The notes under the pieces are model-generated. The model ran no database searches and had not been told where the DNA came from. It saw only the letters and a list, made by a program, of their open reading frames with translations. From contig NC_092676.1 in the NCBI RefSeq assembly GCF_964355755.1, positions 8,719,888 through 8,783,887 on the forward strand: DNA of 64,000 bases, written 5' to 3'. A program made the translations under genes and the position numbers. This DNA is from Antedon mediterranea (Eukaryota > Animalia > Echinodermata). Below, one piece after another: positions 43,308 to 58,300 of this stretch. Position 1 is the first letter of the stretch, and the number at the start of each line of letters is the position of its first letter.

Positions 43308-46300
43308 AAATCAGGCACAGAACATTAATTCTAAACCGCCCGGTGATATACTGAAATTTAATTAATTAATTTTAAACGATAAAGATGAGGAAATCTGTGA
43401 GAATGAGAAAAAGTCGCCCCAACCGAGACTCGAACTCGGACCGCCTGCTTGATATGCAGATGTCCTAACCATTAGACCACTGGGGCTCTCATGGTATTGT
43501 TCGAACTCGATTGGATAGCGACTCTTTAACATTCTCTGCGTGGTACGGCGGAACAGCACTAGTCCTCAGTTGTACGCACGCGCACCAGAGATCAAATTGA
43601 TACGCCCTCATCTTACAGTATTTTTATTCACGAGGCGGGATCTCAGAAGAGATACTTTTATATATATAAACAAATCAGGCACAGAACATTAATTCTAAAC
43701 CGCCCGGTGATATACTGAAATTTAATTAATTAATTTGAAATGATAAAGATGAGGAAATCTGTGAGAATGAGAAAAAGAAACTCCAACCTCTCTAATCAAA
43801 AGATTGAACTCGAAAACGGACCGTTTTTTTGAATTGGGTATGTTGAAACATTTCAATATTCATTTAAAACAGTACATTAATTGTGGTATTGATCAGTGGC
43901 TATAGAAGTGTAAAAACCCTCGGTCAATATCATGTAAAATGCACTGTGGAAGGGTCATTATTAAGACTGCAAAATTGGGCTTATCAACAAATAAATACTT
44001 TCGTTGAAAATGTAAAATCAAGGCTGAAAAATTGGGCTTATCAACAACAAAATATTTTATTATTAGACGTGATAACATCAAGGATAATCAGAGCCACTGT
44101 TACTAGTTTTATTCTACATGCTAAAGTAAATAAAAATCCACTAGAAAACAAACAAGTCTGAATGTTATGCTTATTAGCCATGTTATGTTTGTTACTGTAG
44201 GCCTATGATTGTTTGCAATGTCCACATATTATTTCCGTGGGCATATCCATAGTGTATCACTCACAAAAAAAGACGTGTGAGGTTCTTTTTTTAAATTTTG
44301 AAGAATGATTTGTGTTACAGGTTGACACACAAGTCAAATGCTCAAGATATCGGCTAACGCCATGGGACCCTTGGCTTATCAATGAATAATAAATACAGTA
44401 CTACTTTCGTTCAATTGAAATCGGAATCTGACCGTTTCATTAAATTTGGGTGATTAGGCCTAAACATATAATAATTTATTAAAAAGGTACAATAAAAACA
44501 AATGCATCAGAGGGGGACAGTGTAGACACAGAACTATGTGATCTAAACATAAGTCAGAATTGGACTGACGCCATTGATTTAATTGGGTATTTTTATTAAT
44601 GTAATGATTCATTAAAAACTATAATACCGATAAGCGTTTGGTATTGATCAATGGTACAAAAAACCCTGAGAAATAATGGTATAACGCGATTTGGTGATAG
44701 CTTAGCAATAATACAACCCATATACTATTATTATAAATACCTATTACAAATCCATTCATATAACTTTTCATCGCGAACCGAAAATGTATAAATGTTATAT
44801 CTACAGACAGTAATTATATATTCAAAAGCCATATTATTATTATTATCAATACCTAAATGCGATAGTAATAACCACATAAACATAAATTATTCCCAATACA
44901 AGTTTGTGCGTTTAATTCTAGAAAGAAACGACTGTGCTGACAGGCCAATGACATAAATCACAAGTAAAGTCCCAATTGTTTACTTGCGTTTTGATTGGCC
45001 GACCTATTATATTAAATTAATGAAGACTGTTCTTACAACTGTCCAGTCAAAAAGTTACGCGGCGTTTTTTGTAAGAAATATTTCTTGTATAAACTATCTT
45101 AAGCAAAAAGATTGATAAATGCCAGCCCTCATAATCTATGAGTTTATTTGACTATACATAGTTTTTTTACTGTGATTATGCAAATTGATCAACGTATGTG
45201 TAAAAGTAATCCACTACATGTTGTGCCCCTCACAACATACATATGTATGTTATATCAGGATCTGATCATACTTTTGATCAAGGGTAGGCTGGGGATGTAC
45301 TGTAGGAAACTCTAACTTACTGTAATAATTGTGCTGATTGGTAGGAATGAGAAATGTAGGAATTGAATCCAAAAAGCAAAAAGTTCTCTATATTCACTCC
45401 ATGACAGGATCTCATGTATGTACTGTACAAATTTAATTTCATTCTGCTAATTGCAGATTACATTATCATTATAATGTATAGCATGCCGGGTATAAGTTTT
45501 TTTGTTGCCTTGAGAGCACCCAATAGATTTGGTTGCCCTTTCAATTTCTTGGTTTTCGATACATATGGCAGCCGGAATGATCAAACATCTGATCAAGACC
45601 AGACTATCCTGCTGTATTCCACACTGATACCTGTTGTTTTTGACTGCACCAGAAGGAGAGTACTCACATAGTGACTTAGTCACTTTTCTACAATCCGCCA
45701 GACTGGTGCCAGTTTTCTTGTATTTGGTATTTTTAATTGTATTATATGTTTTATATGTCTTCTGGAAAATAAATGAATTGAATTGAATTGATACGAAACA
45801 TTCTTTTTTTCATTATCCCTTTCATTGCTCATCAGGACCGGCCATTTTAATAATTTTAGTTTGTTCCTTGTAAATGTGTGGTCGGCCCAGGACCAAAGGC
45901 AACTAATTCTATGAGCCCAGTGTATGATTTATATATTTCTTTGAAAACGTTCTGTTGTTTATACAGAAAATGATAGAAAATAACTGTTTTGATTGAATCT
46001 TTGAATGATCCCTGAGAGGGATTTCTGTCGTCTTTACCGTTAACCTGAGCACTTCATCATAAATGTGATTTAACATTTCACCGCATTGATCTCTATTCAT
46101 GTTGTTCATTGAAATGAATCGCTGATAATATTCATCATGACGTAATGTAAAGTTATAATAACATTCGGACTATTCTCATTGATTTATGTCCCTGTATTTA
46201 TGTTGTTTTATTAAAATGTTATGAAAGGTTTGCATTTTTTTTATTTTGCTTGTTAAATTATTAACCTTTGAAAAATATAGGTTATTTAAATAATATTTGT

Positions 46301-49300
46301 ATACTTTAGTCGCTATAATTAAAGCAAAACGTTAAATTGATGTATCAGTTAACTGCTTAGAAACACAGAGTTTTGAAAGGGGAAAAAGACAGAAAAGAGA
46401 AATTATATCCGGACCACACTTTCAGTAAACAATATTTCTAATAATGCATATCAATTTAATTTCTGGAAATATGATATATATTCAAAAGCGTCTCTTTTTA
46501 CAGTTTGAAGTGAGAAGTTATTTGAAACGAAAATCATTTATTTTAAATTAACCAATGCAATAAAAATGAATTAGTTAATTTAATTGCAAGTACATTGAGG
46601 ATTCTGAATTGTACATTTTTGAATACATTTCAATTCTTGTATATAATATACAAAAGAGGCTTAAGAAGAAAAAATGAAAAAATATCAATCTGTGCGCAAT
46701 GCGGGCCTCTTATGCTATTAGAATCGACTTATTTTTCACATTTTTAACAATTTAAAGATGAAAAAAGTTATCGCATTAGGACCATATAGTATTTAATTTT
46801 TACATTTAGTTTGTGACCTTAAATTAGATCTAAAAATAGTAGAGAATGGTACTTTAAGGAGACTGCTAAATAAGCCACTAGCCTTAACGGCTATGTTTCT
46901 GTTTCTGCAAAACTGTCATAATAAAATAGATAAAAATAAATAAAAAATATGCATAGTTGAACTTAAGAACTTGGAAGTATGGAGTGAAGGGAAACCTCTT
47001 ATTCTTTTGGTTAACCTTTGCATGTATTAAACTAATAATAATAACTTGTTTTTTTTTATATAGCAACATTACATTGATATAAGTTTGTTTGAAAACCATT
47101 TTATTGATGTATAGTATTAAGTAATGTTTAAACGTTATGCTTTTAAAGTCACATAATAAAAAATAAGTAATGCTCACAGTTTTAGTTCAACATTTATGCT
47201 TAAACAGCCCAGACACAATGTCTAGAATATTTTTTATACAATTCTTTTAAAATGTTATCAAATTGAATTATTTGAATGTGATTATTGTATGTTTATCTCG
47301 TTGTTATGGCAACTATGAAAGTTCTGCCGATTCTATTTAAGTTTAGTAGGTACAAGAGAAAACCATTGCCCTTTTAATAAGTCATTTCTTAAACGTTTAG
47401 ATGTAATGGTTTCCTTTCAAATTTGTTTAAATCCCCCTAATCGTATCAACCGAAGAATAAATTACCAGAGTGCTATTTGAAAATATTTGCATTTGTTTGA
47501 TTCAGAAAGTAGTAACATAACCTTTTTTTAATTTTCAACCTTCACAGCAAATAACTGTTTAGAACAATTAGTTTTGAACAATTGAATGTCAAAATTTGTA
47601 TATTGTTATGTTAAATTTATGAAAAATTCCACCTTGGCCCTAAAAACAATCTTTATCGTGAAATACTAAATGTTAATTATAATGAATGGACAACAAATAT
47701 ATGTAAATCTTATGGTAAATTTGTAATTAAATTTAATTGTACGTTGTAAATCAACTTTTTTATGCTGTAAGGTTAATAAGGTTAAATAGTAAAGAACATG
47801 TACAGTACGTGCAGTTTACAAACTGTGAATTATCGATTTTTAGTGGTTATTTTAAATACGATTATTCATTCAACAAAAACGATTGTAACAAATTATTTGT
47901 TTAGCTCGACAATAAAGAAGAAATTAAGGAGTGTTTAGTTATTCAAGAGACACTCCATAGGATCTTTTTATTCAATATTATTTACGTATTTGCCAATTTG
48001 TCCCAATGTTGATGGCTGTCAATTCTACTACCAAGCTCTTCGTAATAATTATACAGATTTAAAGAGGAAGGAATGAGTGACTTTAAAATGTGCATGCCCG
48101 ATGCAAAATTGTTGTTGCGATTTTGCAAGCACTGTTTATTTAATATAATGTGTTGCAATATAATGTTTGGTACATTATATCAATAGTGACACTAATTATG
48201 CAAAATTATACTTTATCAGCCTTGTGTTTGATACTGCAATTCTTATTCTATTCAAGTGCACAGTTGACTGTAGAAAATTCTTAATGTTTACCGAAAAGAA
48301 CAGATATATAGATTGATTTTGACCATGTAATCAATAAAAAAAAAAAATTACTTGATTGATTTATAAATTTATCGAAGATAGAATTGAATGGGATTCTTAT
48401 TGCATTGATGTACAGGTGGCAGGCCTATAATTTAATATTCTGATGGGATTCTTATTGCATTGATGTACAGGTGGCAGGCCTATAATTTAATATTCTGATG
48501 GGATTCTTATTGCATTGATGTACAGGTGGCAGGCCGATAATTTAATATTCTGATGGTATTCTTATTGCATTGATGTACAGGTGGCATGAGGCCTATAATT
48601 TAATATTCTGATGGGATTCTTATTGCATTGATGTACAGGTGGCATGAGGCCTATAATTTAATATTCTGATGGGATTCTTATTGCATTGATGTACAGGTGG
48701 CATGCCTATAATTTAATATTCTGATGGAATTCTTATTGCATTGATGTACAGGTGGCAGGCCTATAATTTAATATTCTAATTAATCTATGCTACTATTTTT
48801 GTTATTGATTCCACTTATTGACATGTACATGAAATCATGGAAAGGACCAAATATGGTAGTGATATGACATCATATGGGCACATTGTTTTGTCAGTTTGAT
48901 AGTGTAGATTAAGACTTTAGTAGTCTTAATTGTGTCATCTGAATACAAAATCAGACATACAGTAAAGTAGGAATTTTCAAAAAACAGATTTTCACTAAAT
49001 ACATAAATGAAACTATATAATTCAAGATTTAAAATACTGAAAAAAAATACTGATACATGTCTACTGCCAAAAATATCACAGTCTAAGTTTTATTTGTTAC
49101 AATCACTGTTGGTAAATGCTGGTAAATTTTAGTAACAGGAAATGACAAGTACCACAAAACACTAGTAAACTAGTTGATGTTTATGCCTTCTAATTCTTTT
49201 ATTTCAATGAAGCCTCTCACCTATTGTTCTATATTATGCATTATATTTAAAACAACCTATTGGAACTCTTCTAATTTAAGCATAAAACATGGTAGATCTA

Positions 49301-52300
49301 TGAAAATCATACACAAATTTACACATTTTTTTTAACCAACAGATGACAGTTGTTAAAATTCATACATTTATTTGTCTCAAAATAAGAAAAGACATAATCA
49401 ATGTAAATAAGTACTGTAGCTATTGTTTTCTGTAATTTTTCAGCCATTTATTGTTTTTGGCTGTTGAAACAAATTTCTGATTCTGCTTAAGATGCATCCG
49501 CAATTCGTCAGTAATTCCACCTTAATAAATAGAGGAATCTTTAAACATGAATTGTCTAAAGTGTCATTATGTCATAGTGATCGTAATTTGTCATCTTTTT
49601 ATATTTGTAAGACGTTCACTAGACAACCACTGTTAACCTCTGGGTACAGAACAACAATGGCATACAAAATCGACCATAAAATTACATACCTAAAAACAGT
49701 AATTACCCTTAAAAGGAAGAAGAAGCAAAAATTTAAATTGAAAATGACAATAACTTATTTATTGCAGATTCGTTAATGATTCTAAATATATAGATCAATG
49801 AATTCAAAAACATTTTTTTCTGATGATGCAGATGTAAGTTTGAAGACAATAAAAAACATTAATATTTTATCTATTCTATTGTGATTTTATCTCATTCTTC
49901 TTTCATGAAGCTGTTGGATGTTGTACTTATAATTCTAAATGTAATCTTTTGTTCCTTTTGCCATAATGCTACAAAAATGGATTAATTTCTCTTGTCAGTT
50001 TACTTTTTAATAATTAATTTAATATTCTATCTATTCTATTGTGATTTTATCTCATTCTCCTTTCATGTTAGAACCTGTTGAATGTTGTACTCATAATTCT
50101 AAATGTAATCTTTTGTCTGTTCAGTTTTCCATTAATACTACAAAAATGGATTAATTTCTCATATCGGTTTACTTTTTAATAAGTAATTTAATATTCTATC
50201 TATTCTATTGTGATTTTATCTCATTCTTCTTTCATGTTAGAAGCTGTTGGATGTTGTACTCATAATTCTAAATGTAATCTTTTGTTCCTTTTGCCAACAT
50301 GCTACAAAAATGGATTAATTTCTCATATCAGTTTAATTTTTAATAATTGTGTTGAAAAAGATAATTCCATTGTCCCTTTTGCCAACATGCTACAAAAATG
50401 GATTAATTTCTCATATCAGTTTAATTTTTAATAATTGTGTTGAAAAAGATAATTCCATTGTCCCCTTGTCTGATAGCTATCAATGTTTTTGTAGAATCTG
50501 CGATATTTTTTTTGTAATAAAAAAAAACAATTTGTATTGACATTTTAAAAAGAGGTTTCCCTCTGTTGAATGTGACTTTAAATAAATAAATATAAAATCC
50601 CTTTTTCATAAATTTAAAGTTGAAAAAAGTTGAAAAAAAAACCCCGTTCTGTAGCACTGTTGTGGCGAGTCTGTTGCATTCTTAATCTTAGTGAATAGTA
50701 TGATGATGTGCCAATATACTGCTCTTACTGTACAGATACAGATGTATTGTGTCAATGACTGTGCCAATATACTGCTCTTACTGTACAGATACAGATGTAT
50801 TGTGTCAATGACTGTGCCAATATACTGCTCTTACTGTACAGATACAGATGTATTGTGTCAATGACTGTGCCAATATACTGCTCTTACTGTACAGATACAG
50901 ATGTATTGTGTCAATGACTGTGCCAATATACTGCTCTTACTGTACAGATACAGATGTATTGTGTCAATGACTGTGCCAATATACTGCACTTGCTGTACAG
51001 ATACAGATGTATTATGTCAATGACTGTGCCAATATACTGCACTTGCTGTACAGATACAGATGTATTGTGTCAATGACTGTGCCCATATACTGCTCTTACT
51101 GTACAGATACAGATGTATTGTGTCAATGACTGTGCCAATATACTGCTCTTACTGTACAGATACAGATGTATTGTGTCAATGACTGTGCCCATATACTGCT
51201 CTTACTGTACAGATACAGATGTATTGTGTCAATGACTGTGCCAATATACTGCTCTTACTGTACAGATACAGATGTATTGTGTCAATGACTGTGCCAATAT
51301 ACTGCTCTTACTGTACAGATACAGATGTATTGTGTCAATGACTGTGCCAATATACTGCACTTGCTGTACAGATACAGATGTATTGTGTCAATGACTGTGC
51401 CAATATACTGCTCTTACTGTACAGATACAGATGTATTGTGTCAATGACTGTGCCAATATACTGCTCTTACTGTACAGATACAGATGTATTGTGTCAATGA
51501 CTGTGCCAATATACTGCTCTTACTGTACAGATACAGATGTATTGTGTCAATGACTGTGCCAATATACTGCTCTTACTGTACAGATACAGATGTATTGTGT
51601 CAATGACTGTGCCCATATACTGCTCTTACTGTACAGATACAGATGTATTGTGTCAATGACTGTGCCCATATACTGCTCTTACTGTACAGATACAGATGTA
51701 TTGTGTCAATGACTGTGCCAATATACTGCTCTTACTGTACAGATACAGATGTATTGTGTCAATGACTGTGCCAATATACTGCTCTTACTGTACAGATACA
51801 GATGTATTGTGTCAATGACTGTGCCAATATACTGCTCTTACTGTACAGATACAGATGTATTGTGTCAATGACTGTGCCCATATACTGCTCTTACTGTACA
51901 GATACAGATGTATTGTGTCAATGACTGTGCCAATATACTGCTCTTACTGTACAGATACAGATGTATTGTGTCAATGACTGTGCCAATATACTGCTCTTAC
52001 TGTACAGATACAGATGTATTGTGTCAATGACTGTGCCAATATACTGCTCTTACTGTACAGATACAGATGTATTGTGTCAATGACTGTGCCAATATACTGC
52101 TCTTACTGTACAGATACAGATGTATTGTGTCAATGACTGTGCCAATATACTGCTCTTACTGTACAGATACAGATGTATTGTGTCAATGACTGTGCCCATA
52201 TACTGCTCTTACTGTACAGATACAGATGTATTGTGTCAATGACTGTGCCCATATACTGCTCTTACTGTACAGATACAGATGTATTGTGTCAATGACTGTG

Positions 52301-55300
52301 CCAATATACTGCTCTTACTGTACAGATACAGATGTATTGTGTCAAGTCAATGACTGTGCCAATATACTGCTCTTACTGTACAGATACAGATGTATTGTGT
52401 CAATGACTGTGCCAATATACTGCTCTTACTGTACAGACACAGATGTATTGTGTCAATGACTGTGCCAATATACTGCTCTTACTGTACAGATACAGATGTA
52501 TTGTGTCAATGACTGTGCCAATATACTGCTCTTACTGTACAGATACAGATGTATTGTGTCAATGACTGTGCCAATATACTGCTCTTACTGTACAGATACA
52601 GATGTATTGTGTCAATGACTGTGCCCATATACTGCTCTTACTGTACAGATACAGATGTATTGTGTCAATGACTGTGCCAATATACTGCTCTTACTGTACA
52701 GATACAGATGTATTGTGTCAATGACTGTGCCCATATACTGCTCTTACTGTACAGATACAGATGTATTGTGTCAATGACTGTGCCAATATACTGCTCTTAC
52801 TGTACAGATACAGATGTATTGTGTCAATGACTGTGCCAATATACTGCTCTTACTGTACAGATACAGATGTATTGTGTCAATGACTGTGCCAATATACTGC
52901 TCTTACTGTACAGATACAGATGTATTGTGTCAATGACTGTGCCAATATACTGCTCTTACTGTACAGATACAGATGTATTGTGTCAATGACTGTGCCCATA
53001 TACTGCTCTTACTGTACAGATACAGATGTATTGTGTCAATGACTGTGCCCATATACTGCTCTTACTGTACAGATACAGATGTATTGTGTCAATGACTGTG
53101 CCAATATACTGCTCTTACTGTACAGATACAGATGTATTGTGTCAATGACTGTGCCAATATACTGCTCTTACTGTACAGATACAGATGTATTGTGTCAATG
53201 ACTGTGCCAATATACTGCTCTTACTATACAGATACAGATGTATTGTGTCAATGACTGTGCCAATATACTGCTCTTACTGTACAGATACAGATGTATTGTG
53301 TCAATGACTGTGCCAATATACTGCTCTTACTGTACAGATACAGATGTATTGTGTCAATGACTGTGCCCATATACTGCTCTTACTGTACAGATACAGATGT
53401 ATTGTGTCAATGACTGTGCCCATATACTGCTCTTACTGTACAGATACAGATGTATTGTGTCAATGACTGTGCCCATATACTGCTCTTACTGTACAGATAC
53501 AGATGTATTGTGTCAATGACTGTGCCAATATACTGCTCTTACTGTACAGATACAGATGTATTGTGTCAATGACTCACTGTATAGAAATTACAATGTTGAC
53601 ATACATTCATACTTTAATAATACATGTTTCATCTGTTTACATTCATCACATTAAATTTTTCTTGGAATCATCATTTTCTATTTTTATCTTCTTATTTACT
53701 AACTTCTTCATTACCTAATAATAAACAACCTTTTGTGTGATGCATGACCAAATAAACTATGTCATAATATAATTAATTTGCATACTATGATAGAAAGCTA
53801 ATCAAGAAAAATTGTTTATTATGATGAATGTTAATTCATGGCTGTATATACCTCATGAATATTCATGAATCAAGGATAGGCAACTATCAATTTCACCACC
53901 TGTTTCAAGCAATTTGTTATTCTGGAGTGTTAAGTGTGTATAATGTGATGTTTGTCCCAGGTTCAATTATCTTTGATTCATTTGCTTATTTTTATTGCGT
54001 AAAGGAGATATTGAATAAGTTCGATTCAGGTGTTTTCATTGATCTAGGCCAGCCTTTTGCTGGCCTTTTCCTTTGAGGTGAGGTGAGTGCGACCACTCAC
54101 CTAACACACTCCTAAACTGCCCTTGAGGAGTGTGATTTACAACACAACTTAAATTTGGTAAACTTCTACACACCAAAATACCCCTGAATGTATTGAGAGT
54201 GCAATTTGTAGCACACCTACAATTTTACAAAAAGACAAGGCCTGCAACTGGCAATGTAAATGGTTATCACACAGCATAGTTGGCACATGAAAAACCGAGA
54301 TTGCTGACTATGATAAAACAATGAAAAATCATACTTTATTCATTTTTCATTACATATTTTATGTATTTTTTAAGCACATGGCCAATGATTACCAATTATA
54401 GTTTATGGTAATATCAAACATTTAGCAGAATAGGATGTGACTACATGGACTGCACTCTTTTATCTCTCCTGGTAAATGTTTTTTGTATGCATTTTTAAAT
54501 TAAACCTTTACATATTTATAAATTATATTTAATTCTAAGATAAGCAGACATAATGCAAAAGCTTTTGTGAAAACCAATGTCTTCATTTACCTACCTATTC
54601 CATGAAATACAAGTACTGTACTGTAAAAGAAGATGGAAAACTTTGGATTTGAAATGCAAAGTACAAGGCAATTATTAAGAGACAAAATTGTTTTTTTTAA
54701 TTTTGTATTTACCATTAAATCCACCTCCAACCAACTTTGTTGCAACCGTTTAGAAAAAAAACAGTACTCCAGTGATTACGTGATTTTCTAATAAACCGAT
54801 ATTCATGACATCATGAATTCTCTGACGATTCCAGTAAGATATAATACTGTCTTGATCTATTCACATTTCTGGAACACACAGATCACCAGCTCCATCAACA
54901 CTATTCTCAGCAATTTCTTCTTCTGAGAAAAACATTTTTAAGAGTATGTTTGACAAGATATTTAAAAAAAGAAACATTTCTGAACATTAATGACCCACTA
55001 TATTGTTTTTTTAATCAGTTTTTGAAAGTAAACAAATTACCCATCTATAGACCAACTCCCCCCCCCCCCCCAAAAAAAAAAAAAATTTTTAAGAAACCTT
55101 TTCTTAGAATTAAAAAATCATCCTTTTCCTCAACAAAATCTCTGCTTAGAATATGTATAGAATAAATACTGTATGTGAAAGAATTAAATATCTTCTTGTT
55201 TTATCTTACATTTTGTTTTAATCCTGTAGTCTTGCAAACTAGGATTGGGTAAATACATTTTTTCAAAACAAAAGTAGTTTGCTTTGAATACGTATTATTA

Positions 55301-58300
55301 ACCCTTGGCATTTCATATGGTTATTTTAATGTCAATAGTTGTTGGAAAAAACTTTTAGGACCATGTGTTGAATTTTTCAGTGCACTTTCAATTTAATCAA
55401 AAATTGTCTTGATTGTTGTAATTTTGTATACCCATTTTTATTCATTTTTTAATTTCTGATTTTATTAATTGATTGATAAAAAAACATTTCGATTTTGCAG
55501 TATACAAAAAAACCTGAATTGTCTGAAAATTTACAAATGGTAAAAATTATATAATAAAGGTGAAAAAGATCGTTAAAAAGAAAAATAAAATACCACAGAA
55601 ACGTACAAGATATAAATATAAAAGTGGTCACCTAAAATAGAGAACTCTAATATTTAAATTACGAAATATTTCTGTGCAGAACTTAAATTGCGACAACTTA
55701 TTGCTGGAGCTTTATTTAAAAAAAAAAAAGAAAGAAAAAACGATGTGTTTTTGGTGTCAGAGCATATCACACATTCTGACTTAACAGCTTCTGTACCTGT
55801 ATCACAGAAGTTCAATTATCTATATATAAATTTACGTAAGGGCAAAATTCGGTAAATCGCGCCTTACTTCTAGAATTTTTACTCGATGGTATATAAAGTT
55901 GGTTCGTACTTTCGGTACTGATTTTAACCACCTGATGTAACCCTGTTTACTAATTAAATTAAGTTAGATAATTAGTTATTGACGATTAAAACGAATTTAG
56001 GTTCAACGATTTGCCCCAAATAGGGGTGTTTTCCGATCGTGGTATACACTGTCTAATGGATGTCCATCTTGAAAAATACCCGCCACAAAAATGCGAGGAG
56101 GCTTCGCATTTTCCTATCTCCTCCTACGATAATTGTTTTTAATAGCTGAAAACCGGTTGAACAGTTCGAGTACAGCATCATAATGTTGAAGACAGGCCGA
56201 TTTTCTTTAAAAAATACTATTTTGATACATTTAATATACGTTTTTACAAATGTATTGATTTGTGATGAATGGAACATTCCAAATTATTTGGTTTAACCAT
56301 ACAGGTATAAATTTAGATTTATGGGCCCCCTTGGAGAATAAACATAAATAGTATTGCAATGCTGTACAATACTGTTAAGGTATTAACCACTTTTGATCGC
56401 AATTTGAATCGCAAATTTCTTACTGTGAGTGTTGGTACTGTTAGATGTAATATAAAAATATATACAAATAAACTTTATTACTGTGAGTGTGGGTAGGCCC
56501 TACTGTTAGATTATAAACATATAATATACAAATAAACATTCCAAATTATTTGGTTTAACCATAGAGGTATAGATTTAGATTTATGGGCCCCTTGGAAAAT
56601 AAACATAAATAGTATTGCAATGCTGTACAATACTGTTAAGGTATTAACCACTTTTGATCGCAATTTGAATCGCAAATTTCTTACTGTGAGTGTTGGTACT
56701 GTTAGATGTAATATAAAAATATATACAAATAAACTTTATTACTGTGAGTGTGGGTAGGCCCTACTGTTAGATTATAAACATATAATATACAAATAAATAA
56801 ACGTTATTACTGACAGTTGCTTCTCAACGTTTGTATTAATTAATAATTTAAAAATATATAAACGTCGTAGTGGTGTATCGTTACATGTACTTTACTATTT
56901 CAATCGACTATGACAGTGAGAGTTTTAACAAAGTACCGTATTAAATCGTAAATGTTTTACTGTATTTAGTGGTATATTATTTATAGGCCTATAAAACATT
57001 AAAAACAATATTTCGTTACTGAGTGGATAAGAATATATTTTAAAATGTTTCCTCTTTGTACCTATCTTCTTCCCCCATCCCTCAACCCTTAATGTTACAT
57101 ACAAAACACAAATTGGGTTTGTTTAAATGAGTCCAAATAAAAAATTTTGACTCATTTTGTTTCTCTCTCGGAAGTAATTCTCAGGGTGCTAATTTTGGTT
57201 GATTACATAAATCATTGTGTATATTTATTCGTTTCTGTAAACGACAATGTATTATAGTCCTGCGGTACGTACATTTGAAATCTCCATTTTTTTCTCGCTG
57301 GAAATACTGTGTATTCGAGAACCATCTGTGGGCACGACTTAGATGGTACGCGAGCGAAGCGAGCGTGCCATCTAGTTTATATAATTTTAAATAGTGCTTG
57401 TTTCTCTGTTTTTAGTAGGCCTTTGTGTTCCTTTGTTTATCAGTGACTTGAATTAAGTAAATTATACTTGAATATTTTAATTTAAAAAAACATAGCTTCT
57501 ATTCCGTGAGATGGAAAAAAGGTGAACGTAGTTTTCCATACTACTATTAGCATTTTACTCTGAATGGTTCACCATTTTAATTCATGAGAACGATGCAAAT
57601 TGTTTCCTAAAATGATAAAATATAGCCTTTAACAGTGTTTTAATTGAACATTTTATGACCGCTATAAAATATTTTAGGATGATAGTTTTCAGAACCTCGC
57701 CTTTTGTATTCGTTTTTAATTCCAAGAATAGCTATGGGCCACGACGATAAATGTCTATTTGTTAGTAGACGTCAACGCACCTATTGTTTTTTCTTTCTCA
57801 ATATATATAACTAGTAATGAAAAATGAAACGTTATGAATATGCTTTAATCTTTTAAATAATAAAACGTTACAGGCTTTTCACAATGACCACAGAGAAACA
57901 GTATGGCTTATTTTTGGAAGTCAACCACTTTATGTGGAAAGGAAAGTGTAACGCACCATATTTTTATATGGTGTCTTGTTTTTTTGTATTTTTATCCATC
58001 ATGTAGACTTGTTTTTGTTTTGTGTAATATTTATTTTTCTGGAAACTAAAAGAATATGAATATAGCAGAAAAGGTCAGCTATTGACATGGAATAACAGTA
58101 GTATACCCTAGGTAATTTTATTCATAGCATTTGTAATTATTGTGAAAATATCTGTAATCAAACATAATTATATCATTCAGTATTATTATATTTTTATTGC
58201 ATAGTAAAAGTTCTTTATAGTGGTTCTGTTGCACATTTTTTTATTAAACTCTTTTTGCTGTGCATTAAAAAACAAACTGTAGTGTGCATCTGTATTGCTA

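Noticed and set aside
50708-53574. CRISPR-like regular array
   Set aside because: Head-to-tail units without unique spacers, eukaryotic context, no cas genes.
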